Source: Geobacter metallireducens GS-15 | Lineage (GTDB): Bacteria; Desulfobacterota; Desulfuromonadia; Geobacterales; Geobacteraceae | Reading direction: 5' to 3' | Assembly (NCBI RefSeq): GCF_000012925.1 | Contig: NC_007517.1 | Coordinates: 3,000,001 to 3,032,000 of the forward strand | DNA: 32,000 bases | Position numbers and translations under genes: made by a program | Part shown: positions 22,966 to 31,507 of the stretch, one piece after another | Numbering within the stretch: the first letter of the stretch is position 1 | How the letters are laid out: every line of letters starts with the position of its first letter | Notes under the pieces: model-generated | The model's input: only the letters and a program-made list of their open reading frames with translations | The model's database searches: none | Told to the model about the DNA's origin: nothing

Positions 22966-22985
22966 TCAAAATGCTTTTTCAAGGT

Positions 22986-24140
22986 TTATTGGTTGAATAG
23001 ATCGAGATTCTTCCCCTGGAGCTGCTCGAAGGGGTTGTTGTGGAACCCTTTTTTCTTCTGCTCCTCCCCCCGGGGGTGCGGTGCCGGTGCCGCCGGCGAC
23101 TCAGGCGCCGTTGCCGGTTGTTGGGCCGGAGGCTCGGGGGCGGCTCCTTCGGCTTCAGCCTCGGCTGCCTCGTCGTACTCTTCTCCGCAGCTGTAATTCT
23201 CCTTGTAGAAGTAGCGGTCGTAGAGGCGGTGGTAGGAGCTCCAGCGGCTCTGGCTCTCGGCTTCCTTCCGGATGTGGGTCCGGATGCCGTTGATCTTGGA
23301 GTCCAGGTCGTCAAGGTAGTTGAGGATCGTGGCCTCCACGGTCTTGGGGCGCTTGGGTGAGCCGTACTCGTACTGGCCGTGGTGGGAGAGGAGCATGTGT
23401 TTGAGGAGCATGGCCAGCTCCGTGGGGAAACCGGGGATGGCGGCGATCCGCTCCTGCACCATCTCTACGCCGATGGTGATGTGCCCCAGGAGCTTCCCCT
23501 CGTCGGTGTAGTCGAAGGAGCGCTGGTAGGTCATCTCCCGCACCTTCCCCACGTCGTGGAGGAGCGCCCCGGCCACGAGGAGGTCGCGGTTGAGCCCCCC
23601 GTAGAGAGGGATGATGGTGTCCACGAGGCGTGCCACCGCCAGGGAATGCTCCAGGAGCCCCCCCAGGTAGACGTGGTGCATCCCCTTGGCCGCCGGCGCG
23701 ATCCGGTAGAGGGCCATGAGCTCGGCATCACCGAAAAAGGCATCCATGAGGGACTTCAGGTGCGGATCGGTGAAGCTCGCCAGCAACACGGCAAGCTCCT
23801 GCTCCATCTCGCCCACGGGGCGGTCCGATTCGGGAAGAAAGTCGGCCAGCTGCACCCGATCGTCCGGCACCCGCACCAGTTCGGAGATGATGAGCTGCAT
23901 CTTCCCCAGGTAGACGCTGGCCTTGCAACGGATGGCAACGAAGTCGTCCCGGTCAAAGATGGCGGAGAGCTCGTCCACGTTGTCCCAGACCCGCCCCTCG
24001 ATCTCGCCGGTCTTGTCCATGAGCTTCAGCGTCATGTACGGCTTGCCGTTCTTGGCCATGGCCATGATCTTGTCTTTTACGAGAAAGACCGACTCCAGCT
24101 GGTCCCGATCCTTGATGCTGCTCACATACACTTTGTTCAA
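22986..24140 (-). CDS. YhaM-like 3'-5' exoribonuclease family protein (OB-fold + HD domain) with a low-complexity acidic/Pro-Ala C-terminal tail
   Basis: 384-aa ORF with a TTG start that overlaps the upstream stop (TTGA). The OB-like N-terminus is FLVKDKIMAMAKNGKPYMTLKLMDKTGEIEGRVWDN. HD motifs are LLEHSLAVARL and LLHDVGK. The tail reads EEYDEAAEAEAEGAAPEPPAQQPATAPESPAAPAP. Confidence 0.85.
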   Translation of the reverse strand: MNKVYVSSIKDRDQLESVFLVKDKIMAMAKNGKPYMTLKLMDKTGEIEGRVWDNVDELSAIFDRDDFVAIRCKASVYLGKMQLIISELVRVPDDRVQLADFLPESDRPVGEMEQELAVLLASFTDPHLKSLMDAFFGDAELMALYRIAPAAKGMHHVYLGGLLEHSLAVARLVDTIIPLYGGLNRDLLVAGALLHDVGKVREMTYQRSFDYTDEGKLLGHITIGVEMVQERIAAIPGFPTELAMLLKHMLLSHHGQYEYGSPKRPKTVEATILNYLDDLDSKINGIRTHIRKEAESQSRWSSYHRLYDRYFYKENYSCGEEYDEAAEAEAEGAAPEPPAQQPATAPESPAAPAPHPRGEEQKKKGFHNNPFEQLQGKNLDLFNQ

Positions 24141-25738
24141 ATCGCGCTCCTTGTCTCGGCGGTCATCTTCCCTGCAATGATGTCGGCCACCCGGATACCG
24201 TCCAGGGCGGCGCTCATGATTCCCCCGGCGTAGCCGGCTCCTTCACCCGTGGGATAGAGCCCTTGCAGGCTCACCGACTGGCAGTCCTCTCCCCGCACGA
24301 TCCGCACCGGCGCCGAGGTCCGGGTCTCAACGCCGGTAAGGGTCGCCTCGGCGGTGACGAAGCCCCGCATCCTCCGGTCGAAGGTTGGCAGTGCCTCCCG
24401 CAGGGTCCCGGTCACGGCAGCGGGAAGGACGCGGGAGAGGTCGGTTTCCGTTACCCGGGGGCGGTACGAGGAGGATACCCCCTTCCCCCCCTTCATGCCA
24501 AGGAATGAGAGGAGATTCTGGGCCGGGGCCCGGTATCCTCCGCCGCCGGCCTCAAAGGCCCTCCGCTCCCAGTGCCGCTGGAACTCCACCCCTGCCAGGG
24601 GAGAGGAGGAGCCGAAGTCGTCGGGCCCCACGGTGACCACCAGAGCGCTGTTGGCAAAGGGGGTGTTGCGCAGGTGGGCGCTCATGCCGTTGGTGACGAC
24701 GCCCCCCTCTTCGGAGCTTCCCGCCACCACCACGCCGCCGGGGCACATGCAGAATGAGTAGGCCGAGCGGCCGGTGCGCCGGTCGTTATGGGCCAGGGCA
24801 TAGTCCGCCGGGGGCAGGGCCGGGTGATGCCCCTTGCCGTACTGGATCCCGTTGATGAGCTCCTGGGGATGCTCCACCCGCACCCCCATGGCAAAGGGCT
24901 TCGCCTGGAGGTGAACTCCCCGGCGGGCAAGCATTTCGTAAGTATCGCGGGCACTGTGGCCAGGCGCGAGAACGAGAGCATCGGCGGCAATCTCGTCGGT
25001 GCCGTTCACGATCACCGTGCCGACCCGCCCTTCCCGGGAGACGATGTCGGTCACCCTGCTCCGGAAACGGATGTCACACCCGGCGGCCAGGAGCCCCTGC
25101 CTGATGCCCGCCACCACCCGTCGCAGCTGATCGGTCCCCACGTGGGGCTTGGCCAGATGCAGGATCTCCGGCGACGCGCCGAAGTCTACGAACTTTTGGA
25201 GGACGTAGCCGATCCGGGAGTCGTTCACCCGGGTGGTAAGCTTCCCGTCGGAGAAGGTGCCGGCCCCCCCCTCGCCGAACTGGACGTTGCTCTCCGTGTC
25301 CAGCTGGCCCAGGCTCCAGAAGGCCTGCACGTCCCGGGTCCGCTCCTCCACCGGCCGTCCCCGTTCCAGGATGGTGGGGGCAAGGCCGTACTCGGCGAGC
25401 CGAAGGGCCGCAAAAAGCCCCGCCGGCCCCATGCCGACGATGACGATCCGCCCTCCCCCGGCAAGCCGCGGGAAGACCGGCTGCGGCTCCTCTTTCACGG
25501 CCTTCACGTCAGGATCATGGCCATGCCGCACGAGGAACCCCGCCTCATCGAGCAGCCGGCACTGGACGGTGCAGACGATGATTACGCGGGGTTTGCGTCG
25601 GGCGTCGATGCTCTTGCGGACCAGATGCAACGACTGGATATCCCGCTCCGGCACCCCGAAGCGCTCGGCAACCCGCGTACCCAGAACGTCGTCCCCCTCT
25701 CCGGGGGCGAGGACAATGTTTCGTATCAGAATCGGCAT
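24137..25738 (-). CDS. FAD-dependent oxidoreductase (COG2509-type uncharacterized FAD protein)
   Basis: 533-aa ORF. The dinucleotide fold motif is RIVIVGMGPAGLFAALRLAEYG, with GGAGTFSDGKL and a C-terminal GEGAGYAGGI. The N-terminus MPILIRNIVL resembles this family. Confidence 0.85.
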   Translation of the reverse strand: MPILIRNIVLAPGEGDDVLGTRVAERFGVPERDIQSLHLVRKSIDARRKPRVIIVCTVQCRLLDEAGFLVRHGHDPDVKAVKEEPQPVFPRLAGGGRIVIVGMGPAGLFAALRLAEYGLAPTILERGRPVEERTRDVQAFWSLGQLDTESNVQFGEGGAGTFSDGKLTTRVNDSRIGYVLQKFVDFGASPEILHLAKPHVGTDQLRRVVAGIRQGLLAAGCDIRFRSRVTDIVSREGRVGTVIVNGTDEIAADALVLAPGHSARDTYEMLARRGVHLQAKPFAMGVRVEHPQELINGIQYGKGHHPALPPADYALAHNDRRTGRSAYSFCMCPGGVVVAGSSEEGGVVTNGMSAHLRNTPFANSALVVTVGPDDFGSSSPLAGVEFQRHWERRAFEAGGGGYRAPAQNLLSFLGMKGGKGVSSSYRPRVTETDLSRVLPAAVTGTLREALPTFDRRMRGFVTAEATLTGVETRTSAPVRIVRGEDCQSVSLQGLYPTGEGAGYAGGIMSAALDGIRVADIIAGKMTAETRSAI

Positions 25739-25750
25739 CGTATTAATTCG

Positions 25751-25773
25751 TCAAAAGCCCTGAAAAACAGGGC
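25751..25773 (-). terminator. Possible intrinsic terminator or leader hairpin (GCCCTG-TTTTT-CAGGGC followed by TTTT) on the minus strand
   Basis: The 6-bp GC stem lies at 25757-62 / 25768-73 and is followed on the minus strand by TTTTGA. It sits between the kinase stop (25823) and the FAD gene start (25738). Confidence 0.45.
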
Positions 25774-25822
25774 GCCATCATACAAAATCGGGGTGGAAAA
25801 GAAAAGGAGAAAGGGGGCAGGG

Positions 25823-27010
25823 TCAGGAAGGGAGAAGGGGGAGCCTGATGGCAAAGGTGGTGCCGGTTTCGTCGCTCTTCTCCACGGTGATCTTCCCCTG
25901 ATAGGTCTTGACGATGCGGAGCACCACCGCAAGGCCGAGGCCGCTACCGCTGGTCTTGGTGGTGAAGAAGGGATCAAAGATTTTCTTCACATTATCCGGC
26001 GGCATTCCCCTGCCGGTGTCGGAGATCCGGATGATGACCTCCCGGTCGTCATGGTCGAGCAGGACGGCAAGGGTCCCGCCTTCCTGCATCTCGTGGATGG
26101 CGTTCAGGAAAAGGTTGGTGAAGATCTGCTCGATCTCGGAGGGGTCTGCCTGAAAGGGGGGAGGGACACGACGGAAGGCCCTCACCACCTCGATGCCGTA
26201 GAGGGTGGTCTGGGGTCTGAACACCTCCAGGGTGGCATCGATGACCCGGTCGAGCCGCACCTCGCTCAACTGGAAGCGGGGGCGCTTGGACGCATCGAGG
26301 AGCTTGCGCATGATGTCGTCGATCCGGTCCACCTCCTTGAGGATCTTATCGATATAGTCAAGCTTCTCCGGTTCTTCGCAGCCGCTTTTCAGGAGCTGGG
26401 CAAAGAGATTGATGGAGTTGAGGGGATTTCTGATCTCATGGGCCATGCCGGCCGAAAGATACCCCAGCGAAGCGAGCTTCTCCGACTGGACGATTTCCGC
26501 CTGGGCTTTCTGGAGAGCCTCGGTCTTCTCCCGCACCCGTTCCTCCAACTCCCGGTTCCACTCTGCAATCTCGGCCAGAAGCTTATCCCGCTCCGCCATC
26601 AGCTCGCGGTTCCTGAGCTCCACCGCCCTGATCCGCAGGACGCTCTCGATCCGTTCCACCAGATCCTGGTTATTGAAGGGCTTGAGGATGTAATCGGAGG
26701 CGCCGGCCTTCATGAGTTCAACGGCGATCTCCTCGTTTCCCTTGCCGGTGAACATGATGACATAGGTATCGGGGAATCTCTGCCGGATCTGCTTGAGGGC
26801 CGTAAAACCGTCCATGACCGGCATCATGTAGTCGAGGAGCACCAGGCTTGGATGATGCTCCTCCAACTCTTCCAGGCCGACCATGGCGTCCGGAGCGGTG
26901 TAGACCGTGTAACCACGGTTACTGAGGACTATGGAGGTGAGGTCAAGGATTACCTTCTCATCGTCGATGATGAGAATGGTACCCTTAGAGGCGTTAGTTA
27001 CCGTAGTCAT
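25823..27010 (-). CDS. Receiver-domain / histidine kinase fusion (REC-HisKA-HATPase_c), no obvious sensor or TM domain
   Basis: 395-aa ORF. Receiver motifs are ILIIDDEKV and [13 protein letters not shown]. The H-box is [12 protein letters not shown], the N-box LFLNAIHEM, and the G-boxes ISDTGRGM and GSGLGLAV. Confidence 0.9.
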   Translation of the reverse strand: MTTVTNASKGTILIIDDEKVILDLTSIVLSNRGYTVYTAPDAMVGLEELEEHHPSLVLLDYMMPVMDGFTALKQIRQRFPDTYVIMFTGKGNEEIAVELMKAGASDYILKPFNNQDLVERIESVLRIRAVELRNRELMAERDKLLAEIAEWNRELEERVREKTEALQKAQAEIVQSEKLASLGYLSAGMAHEIRNPLNSINLFAQLLKSGCEEPEKLDYIDKILKEVDRIDDIMRKLLDASKRPRFQLSEVRLDRVIDATLEVFRPQTTLYGIEVVRAFRRVPPPFQADPSEIEQIFTNLFLNAIHEMQEGGTLAVLLDHDDREVIIRISDTGRGMPPDNVKKIFDPFFTTKTSGSGLGLAVVLRIVKTYQGKITVEKSDETGTTFAIRLPLLPS

Positions 27011-27035
27011 GGAGTGGCAAATCTCTTCCTGTCAG

Positions 27036-27069
27036 AATAAAAACAAAGGGCAGCCAAAGCTGCCCTTTG
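27036..27069 (-). terminator. Rho-independent terminator downstream of the usp gene
   Basis: On the minus strand, an 11-bp stem CAAAGGGCAGC / GCTGCCCTTTG (27044-54 / 27059-69) with a 4-nt loop is followed by TTTTTATT. Confidence 0.7.
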
Positions 27070-27099
27070 TCCGCCCTGCATGAAACAGAGCCCACATTA

Positions 27100-27549
27100 C
27101 TACTCTTCGGGGGGGCGGACCGTCATCACCGGACACTTGGCGTTTCTTACCACCCGTTCTGCCGTGCTCCCGAAAAGGAAGTGGTCAATCCCCCGGCGGC
27201 CGTGGGTTCCCATCACGACAAGGGAGGCATTCTCCTCATCAGCCTTCTTGAGAATCTCGTCGTAGGGGATGCCCGACACGATGCTGCTGGTGAAGTTGGC
27301 GTAGTCCTTGAGCTTGGTCCTGCAGAACTTTTCCATCATCTTCTCGGCCGCCGCAACGATCTCTTCTTCGAGCTTCTCAAAGGAGACATGGGGGACGTAG
27401 AAACCACGCAGATCCACTGGTTCGTTGATGACATGCACGACGACAAGCCGCGCGTTGAATTGCCGGGCGAGGGTCAGGGCATGGTCAAAGGCGTACTCCG
27501 AGTTTTCGGAAAAGTCGGTCGGAAAGACAATGGTGGAAAAGGTTTTCAT
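27100..27549 (-). CDS. Universal stress protein (UspA family)
   Basis: 149-aa ORF. Motifs are IVFPTDFSENSEYAF, LVVVHV and LVVMGTHGRRGIDHFLFGSTAERVVRNAKCPVMTV. Confidence 0.9.
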   Translation of the reverse strand: MKTFSTIVFPTDFSENSEYAFDHALTLARQFNARLVVVHVINEPVDLRGFYVPHVSFEKLEEEIVAAAEKMMEKFCRTKLKDYANFTSSIVSGIPYDEILKKADEENASLVVMGTHGRRGIDHFLFGSTAERVVRNAKCPVMTVRPPEE

Positions 27550-27589
27550 TGCTCTACCCCCTGGAGGAATCTGGCTTGAGTGGACAAGA

Positions 27590-27979
27590 TCAGTGGCGGT
27601 GTTCCTTCTCCTTGAAAATCTTCTTCAGGATCGACTTCAGCTCGTCGATCTTGATGGGCTTGTTGATATACTCAAAGGCCCCCAGGTTCATGGCCTCGAT
27701 ATACGACTCAACACCGCCATAGGCAGTAATCATGATGACGTTGCTCGCGGGGAAATTCTTGTTGAGTTCCTTGAGGAAGGTGATGCCGTTCATCTCCGGC
27801 ATATTGATATCGGTGACAATAACGTTCACCTGCCGCTGGTTCAGATAGTTAAGGGCTTCATAGCCATTCGAAACGCTTTCGACTTCGAATCCCTCCCGTT
27901 CGAGAAGTTTCGACAGACCTATCCGGGCATTCTCTTCGTCGTCAACAACCAGTATCCGTTTTTTTGCCTGCTCTGCCAA
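27590..27979 (-). CDS. Single-domain response regulator (CheY-like receiver)
   Basis: 129-aa ORF with a TTG start preceded by GGAG 7 nt upstream. Motifs are ILVVDDEEN, VIVTDINMPEMNG and ITAYG. Confidence 0.9.
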   Translation of the reverse strand: MAEQAKKRILVVDDEENARIGLSKLLEREGFEVESVSNGYEALNYLNQRQVNVIVTDINMPEMNGITFLKELNKNFPASNVIMITAYGGVESYIEAMNLGAFEYINKPIKIDELKSILKKIFKEKEHRH

Positions 27980-28042
27980 TGATAAACTCCGCTTCTGGCG
28001 CGTGGTACGATGAATCTGAGTCTAGCATGGTGTCCCCCCCTG

Positions 28043-28780
28043 TCAAGCAGACGGTTGCAGCGCTTTTTTGCCCGTGGCCACCTGCTGCCGAAGCTTAATG
28101 GCTGTGAGGATCAGGTTGGCAATAATGGAGACAAAGTAGATCTCATCCTCCTGGAACGACTTGATGGAGGTGGTATTGAGATTGATGACTCCATACACCT
28201 CCTTCTTGTCGCTGATGGGAAAGGAGAGCATGGAGTTGTATTTTTCTTCCTGGAGCTCGGAGAAATGCTTGTAACGTGAATCGCGAGAGGCATGGGTAAG
28301 GGATATATGGCTCCCCTCCTTCGCGACGGTGCCGGTGATCCCCTCGCCGATCCTGAGCCGGATCTTGCCAATGAAGGCGGGGTCGAAGCCATGGGTAGCG
28401 GCCAGTACGAGGTCGTCCCCCTCCCGGAGGTAGATGCTGCAGACGCTCACCTTAAGCTGCCCGGCCACCTTTTTCGTCACGTGTTGGAGAACTTCCGGCA
28501 GGTTGAAGTCGGAGGAGACCAGCATGCTGATCTCTTCCAGGGAGATAATCTCCAGATGTTCCCGGTTGGCCCGCTGCATGGTCAGAACCATCTTCCCCTT
28601 TTCACTCTCGACAAAGGGGGTCAAACTCGCCTTCTGGTAGAAGGGATTCACCGTTTTGGCCTTGTCGGGAACGGCCCGGAAATCGGAAAAGCCGCAGACA
28701 CAGGACAGCTTCACCCTGTAGGGATCGATCCGTTCACTCTTCATTACTCTTCCGCACTTTCTGCAGCGTACCATATGCAT
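28043..28780 (-). CDS. GAF-domain protein with an N-terminal zinc-ribbon-like motif
   Basis: 245-aa ORF. The N-terminus is MHMVRCRKCGRVM...LSCVCGF. The GAF pattern is LPEVLQHVTKKVAGQLKVSVCSIYLREGDDLVLAATHG...GEGITGTVAKEG...SMLSFPI...VYGVINL. Confidence 0.8.
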   Translation of the reverse strand: MHMVRCRKCGRVMKSERIDPYRVKLSCVCGFSDFRAVPDKAKTVNPFYQKASLTPFVESEKGKMVLTMQRANREHLEIISLEEISMLVSSDFNLPEVLQHVTKKVAGQLKVSVCSIYLREGDDLVLAATHGFDPAFIGKIRLRIGEGITGTVAKEGSHISLTHASRDSRYKHFSELQEEKYNSMLSFPISDKKEVYGVINLNTTSIKSFQEDEIYFVSIIANLILTAIKLRQQVATGKKALQPSA

Positions 28781-28831
28781 GAAAAACCCTCTCCTTGAAA
28801 TAATCTCCAGTGTGCCGTAGTTTTGCCGAGA

Positions 28832-29674
28832 CTACTGCTCCGCAGTATATTCTGCCGGAAGTGTCACATGGGCGGTTTTGCCTGCCTCTCCGAACGATGG
28901 AAGCACCTTGCCGTTGAATTCGGCCTCCACCCCGCCGGCATTGCCGAGATCGAGCGAAAAAACCCGCTCTCCTTTCCATTCGATCAGATCGCCGGCCTTC
29001 AGGTCGTACTGCTGGGAGACGGCGCCGTCGATGGTTATATCCAGCCAGCAATCCTGGTTCACCTTGAGCTTGAGAACCATCCCACCCGGCTTGGTTGAAG
29101 GAGCGGCCGCTTCCGGGGAAGCTGCCTCAGCGGATTCCGCCGGTGCCTCCTGCAGCTTTGACAGCGGAGCCGCTGCAACCGAGGATAAGGGTGACTGAAC
29201 AGGTGGCGGGGCAAGAAGCACCCTGGCGGGAACCGGCTCGGGCACAGGCCGCACCGGTGCGGGCTCTCTCTGAGGAATAATCGTAGCGGTGACGAGCACC
29301 AGGGCAAGGAGAACCAGGGGAATCATCCAGCGGTTGCGGATTGGGGGGATCGCTACGCGGGCAACAGGCGGCGCCCCTCCCTCGTCCTCCTCCTGCTCCG
29401 TGGCAGGTGCAGGAACCAGTTGCTCCTCGTACCTGGCGACCAAGTCATCCGGAGAGAGTCCCAGGTGCTTTCCGTACACCCGCAGAAACCCCTTTACATA
29501 GGCGGGACTCGGAAGCTTGTCAAAGGATTCCTCTTCGAGGGCGGCAAGATAATTCTTGCCGATGCGGGTGACGCGGGCGGCGTCCTCCCGCGACTCCCCA
29601 CGGGACTCGCGGGTCTCTCGCAGCAGGATACCAATGGATGTTCCCCCTTTCCCGGGGGTGAGCGCGTCAGACAA
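28832..29674 (-). CDS. rodZ: Cytoskeleton protein RodZ (HTH + TM + DUF4115)
   Basis: 280-aa ORF with a TTG start after GAGAGG. The HTH region is IGILLRETRESRGESREDAARVTRIGKNYLAALEEESFDKLPSPAYVKGFLRVYGKHLGL. The TM helix is WMIPLVLLALVLVTATII, followed by a Pro-rich linker. The C-terminal beta domain includes LKLKVNQDCWLDITIDG. It sits directly downstream of a pilW-like gene, as in many proteobacteria. Confidence 0.85.
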   Translation of the reverse strand: MSDALTPGKGGTSIGILLRETRESRGESREDAARVTRIGKNYLAALEEESFDKLPSPAYVKGFLRVYGKHLGLSPDDLVARYEEQLVPAPATEQEEDEGGAPPVARVAIPPIRNRWMIPLVLLALVLVTATIIPQREPAPVRPVPEPVPARVLLAPPPVQSPLSSVAAAPLSKLQEAPAESAEAASPEAAAPSTKPGGMVLKLKVNQDCWLDITIDGAVSQQYDLKAGDLIEWKGERVFSLDLGNAGGVEAEFNGKVLPSFGEAGKTAHVTLPAEYTAEQ

Positions 29675-29683
29675 GTGAACCTC

Positions 29684-30427
29684 TCAGCGCATTGATTCCA
29701 GATATTCCCGGGAAAGACGCCCCTTCTCCGAATCGGGTGCTATCCGGATCGCCTCGCGGAACGCATCGGCTGCAGACACATAGTCTTTACCCTTCAGATG
29801 GGCAAGGGCAAGATAGTAGTATCCGTTCTGATAATTCTTGTTAAGCTCAACGGCCTTGGTGAATTCCTGAATCGCCAGATCGTTGCGGTCCATGGCAAAG
29901 TATACCCGGCCGAGGCCAACCCGGGCGACAATGTTCTGGGGAGAGGTTGCAACCGCCTGACGCAGAATGTCGAGTGACTTCGGATAATCGCCCTTGCCCA
30001 GATAGGCGAGACCGAGGTTAATCCGGGCGTCCTCATGGTTGATGAAGAACAGATCGGCCAGAACCAACGTGAACTGGGCCACGGCATCATCCCACCGCTG
30101 CATCTCCAGGTAGTTCACCCCCAGGTTGTTCCTGGCCTCGGAATAATCGGGCTTCAGCTCGATAGCCCTACGATACTTGAGTTCGGCGAGATCGTACCGT
30201 TTTTTGTAGAAATAGGCGAGGCCGAGGCTGTTCAGGAGGGCGGGATCATCGGGGGTTAGCTTCTCCGCTTCAGCGAGTTCGATAAGGGCACGGGTCGCAT
30301 CGTTTTCCCCTAGATAGGAAAGACCCATTTGAAAGTGATAGGATGCTTGCTTCCGGGAGGCGTCGGTTACGGCACAGGCTGTGAGGGAAAAGAGCGCCAT
30401 GACGATCAGCACAAGTAGACGTTTCAC
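29684..30427 (-). CDS. pilW: TPR-repeat lipoprotein, PilW/PilF-like (type IV pilus biogenesis/stability family)
   Basis: 247-aa ORF with a GTG start after GAGGTG. The lipobox is LFSLTAC. There are about six TPR units (for example YHFQMGLSYLGENDATRALIELAEAEKLTPDD). Size and the position immediately upstream of rodZ fit pilW. Confidence 0.55.
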   Translation of the reverse strand: MKRLLVLIVMALFSLTACAVTDASRKQASYHFQMGLSYLGENDATRALIELAEAEKLTPDDPALLNSLGLAYFYKKRYDLAELKYRRAIELKPDYSEARNNLGVNYLEMQRWDDAVAQFTLVLADLFFINHEDARINLGLAYLGKGDYPKSLDILRQAVATSPQNIVARVGLGRVYFAMDRNDLAIQEFTKAVELNKNYQNGYYYLALAHLKGKDYVSAADAFREAIRIAPDSEKGRLSREYLESMR

Positions 30428-30512
30428 GTTATCACCTCAAGCCGGGAAATTGAAAGCAGAGCTGTCTGTGAGGAGCGAAAACCGGCTCAGAAAGCCTGTT
30501 CACGCCCCGTGA

Positions 30513-30541
30513 ACCGTAACAGATTTGCCTTGTGTTGTCAA
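30513..30541 (-). promoter_or_regulatory. Candidate sigma70 promoter for the pilW-like/rodZ transcription unit
   Basis: On the minus strand, TTGACA lies at 30541..30536, followed by a 17-nt spacer and TACGGT at 30518..30513. A perfect palindrome GTTCACG-CCC-CGTGAAC (30498-30514) abuts/overlaps (2 nt) the -10. Confidence 0.35.
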
Positions 30542-30559
30542 CGCAGGGCGCCGCGCTCC

Positions 30560-31477
30560 CTACCCTCCAGCAAGCCCTTCGAAGTGGGTCAGGGCCTTGA
30601 AACTGCGGTAGCGGTCCTCGATCTCCCGATACTCGAGCCGCTTCAGGCGATTGAGGCTGAAATCCTCCACATTGAACGACGCCATGACACTCCCGAAGAT
30701 GATGGCCTGACGGATTCCCGTCTCGGAGGTGTCACCCGTATTGGCCAGATACCCCATAAAACCGCCGGCAAAGGTGTCGCCGGCCCCGGTCGGATCAAAC
30801 ACGTCCTCAAGGGGAAAGGCCGGAGCGGCAAAGACCGAATGATCGGTGAACATGAGGACGCCGTACTCGCCCCGCTTGATGACCAGGGTTTTTACCCCCA
30901 TGGCGAGAATCTTCCGGGCCGCCTTGGTGAGGTTGGCTTCCTGGGTAAACTGCCGGGCCTCACCTTCGTTAATGATGAAGATATCCACCTTGGCGATGAC
31001 CGCCTTGAGGGCCTCGGGCTTGGAGGAGATCCAGAAGTTCATGGTGTCGCAGGCGATGACCCGCGGCTTCTCCACCTGGCTGAGAACCTCCATCTGGAGT
31101 TCCGGATCGATGTTGGCTAGGAAGAGGAATTCGGCATCACGGTACGCGGCCGGAATCTGCGGTCTGAAGCTCTCGAACACGTTCAGGTGGGTTTCCAGGG
31201 TCTGGGCCTCATTCAGGTCGTAGCCGTACTTCCCCTTCCAGTGGAAGGTCTTTCCCCCTTCCCGGGCAAGACCGCGCAGATCGATATTGCGGGAATTGAG
31301 GAACTCCACGTGCTCCTGGGGGAAGTCCTCTCCCACCACCGCCACAAGGCTCACATCGGTGAAAAAGCTCGCCGACGTCGAGAAATAGGTGGCCGAGCCG
31401 CCAAGAACGTTCTCCACTCTGCCAAAGGGGGTCTCCACTGAATCAAATGCCACGGAACCGACGACGAGTATGCCCAC
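30560..31477 (-). CDS. PfkB-family carbohydrate/nucleoside kinase
   Basis: 305-aa ORF with a GTG start after AAGGAG. The N-terminal motif is ILVVGSVAFD...GGSATY. The PfkB signature DPTGAGDTFAGGF is present. Confidence 0.9.
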   Translation of the reverse strand: MGILVVGSVAFDSVETPFGRVENVLGGSATYFSTSASFFTDVSLVAVVGEDFPQEHVEFLNSRNIDLRGLAREGGKTFHWKGKYGYDLNEAQTLETHLNVFESFRPQIPAAYRDAEFLFLANIDPELQMEVLSQVEKPRVIACDTMNFWISSKPEALKAVIAKVDIFIINEGEARQFTQEANLTKAARKILAMGVKTLVIKRGEYGVLMFTDHSVFAAPAFPLEDVFDPTGAGDTFAGGFMGYLANTGDTSETGIRQAIIFGSVMASFNVEDFSLNRLKRLEYREIEDRYRSFKALTHFEGLAGG

Positions 31478-31507
31478 GGGAATCTCCTTGCTCTCTAGAG
31501 TCTCTTG

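Noticed and set aside
25751-25773. Treating the GCCCTG hairpin purely as the terminator of the histidine-kinase gene
   Set aside because: Not fully rejected. The U-tract is only four residues. A -10-like motif lies upstream of the hairpin on the same strand, and the next start codon is 13 nt away. Its role as terminator or as leader structure is therefore left open at modest confidence.
24788-27040. 750-aa plus-strand ORF, and similar antisense ORFs elsewhere (for example 6072..7295, 19756..20922, 21410..22285, 17475..18224 minus)
   Set aside because: Same reasoning. They lie antisense to genes with strong family motifs (FAD protein, histidine kinase, coaBC, ATPase). They have low-complexity Arg/Gly/Pro-rich composition and no translation signals.
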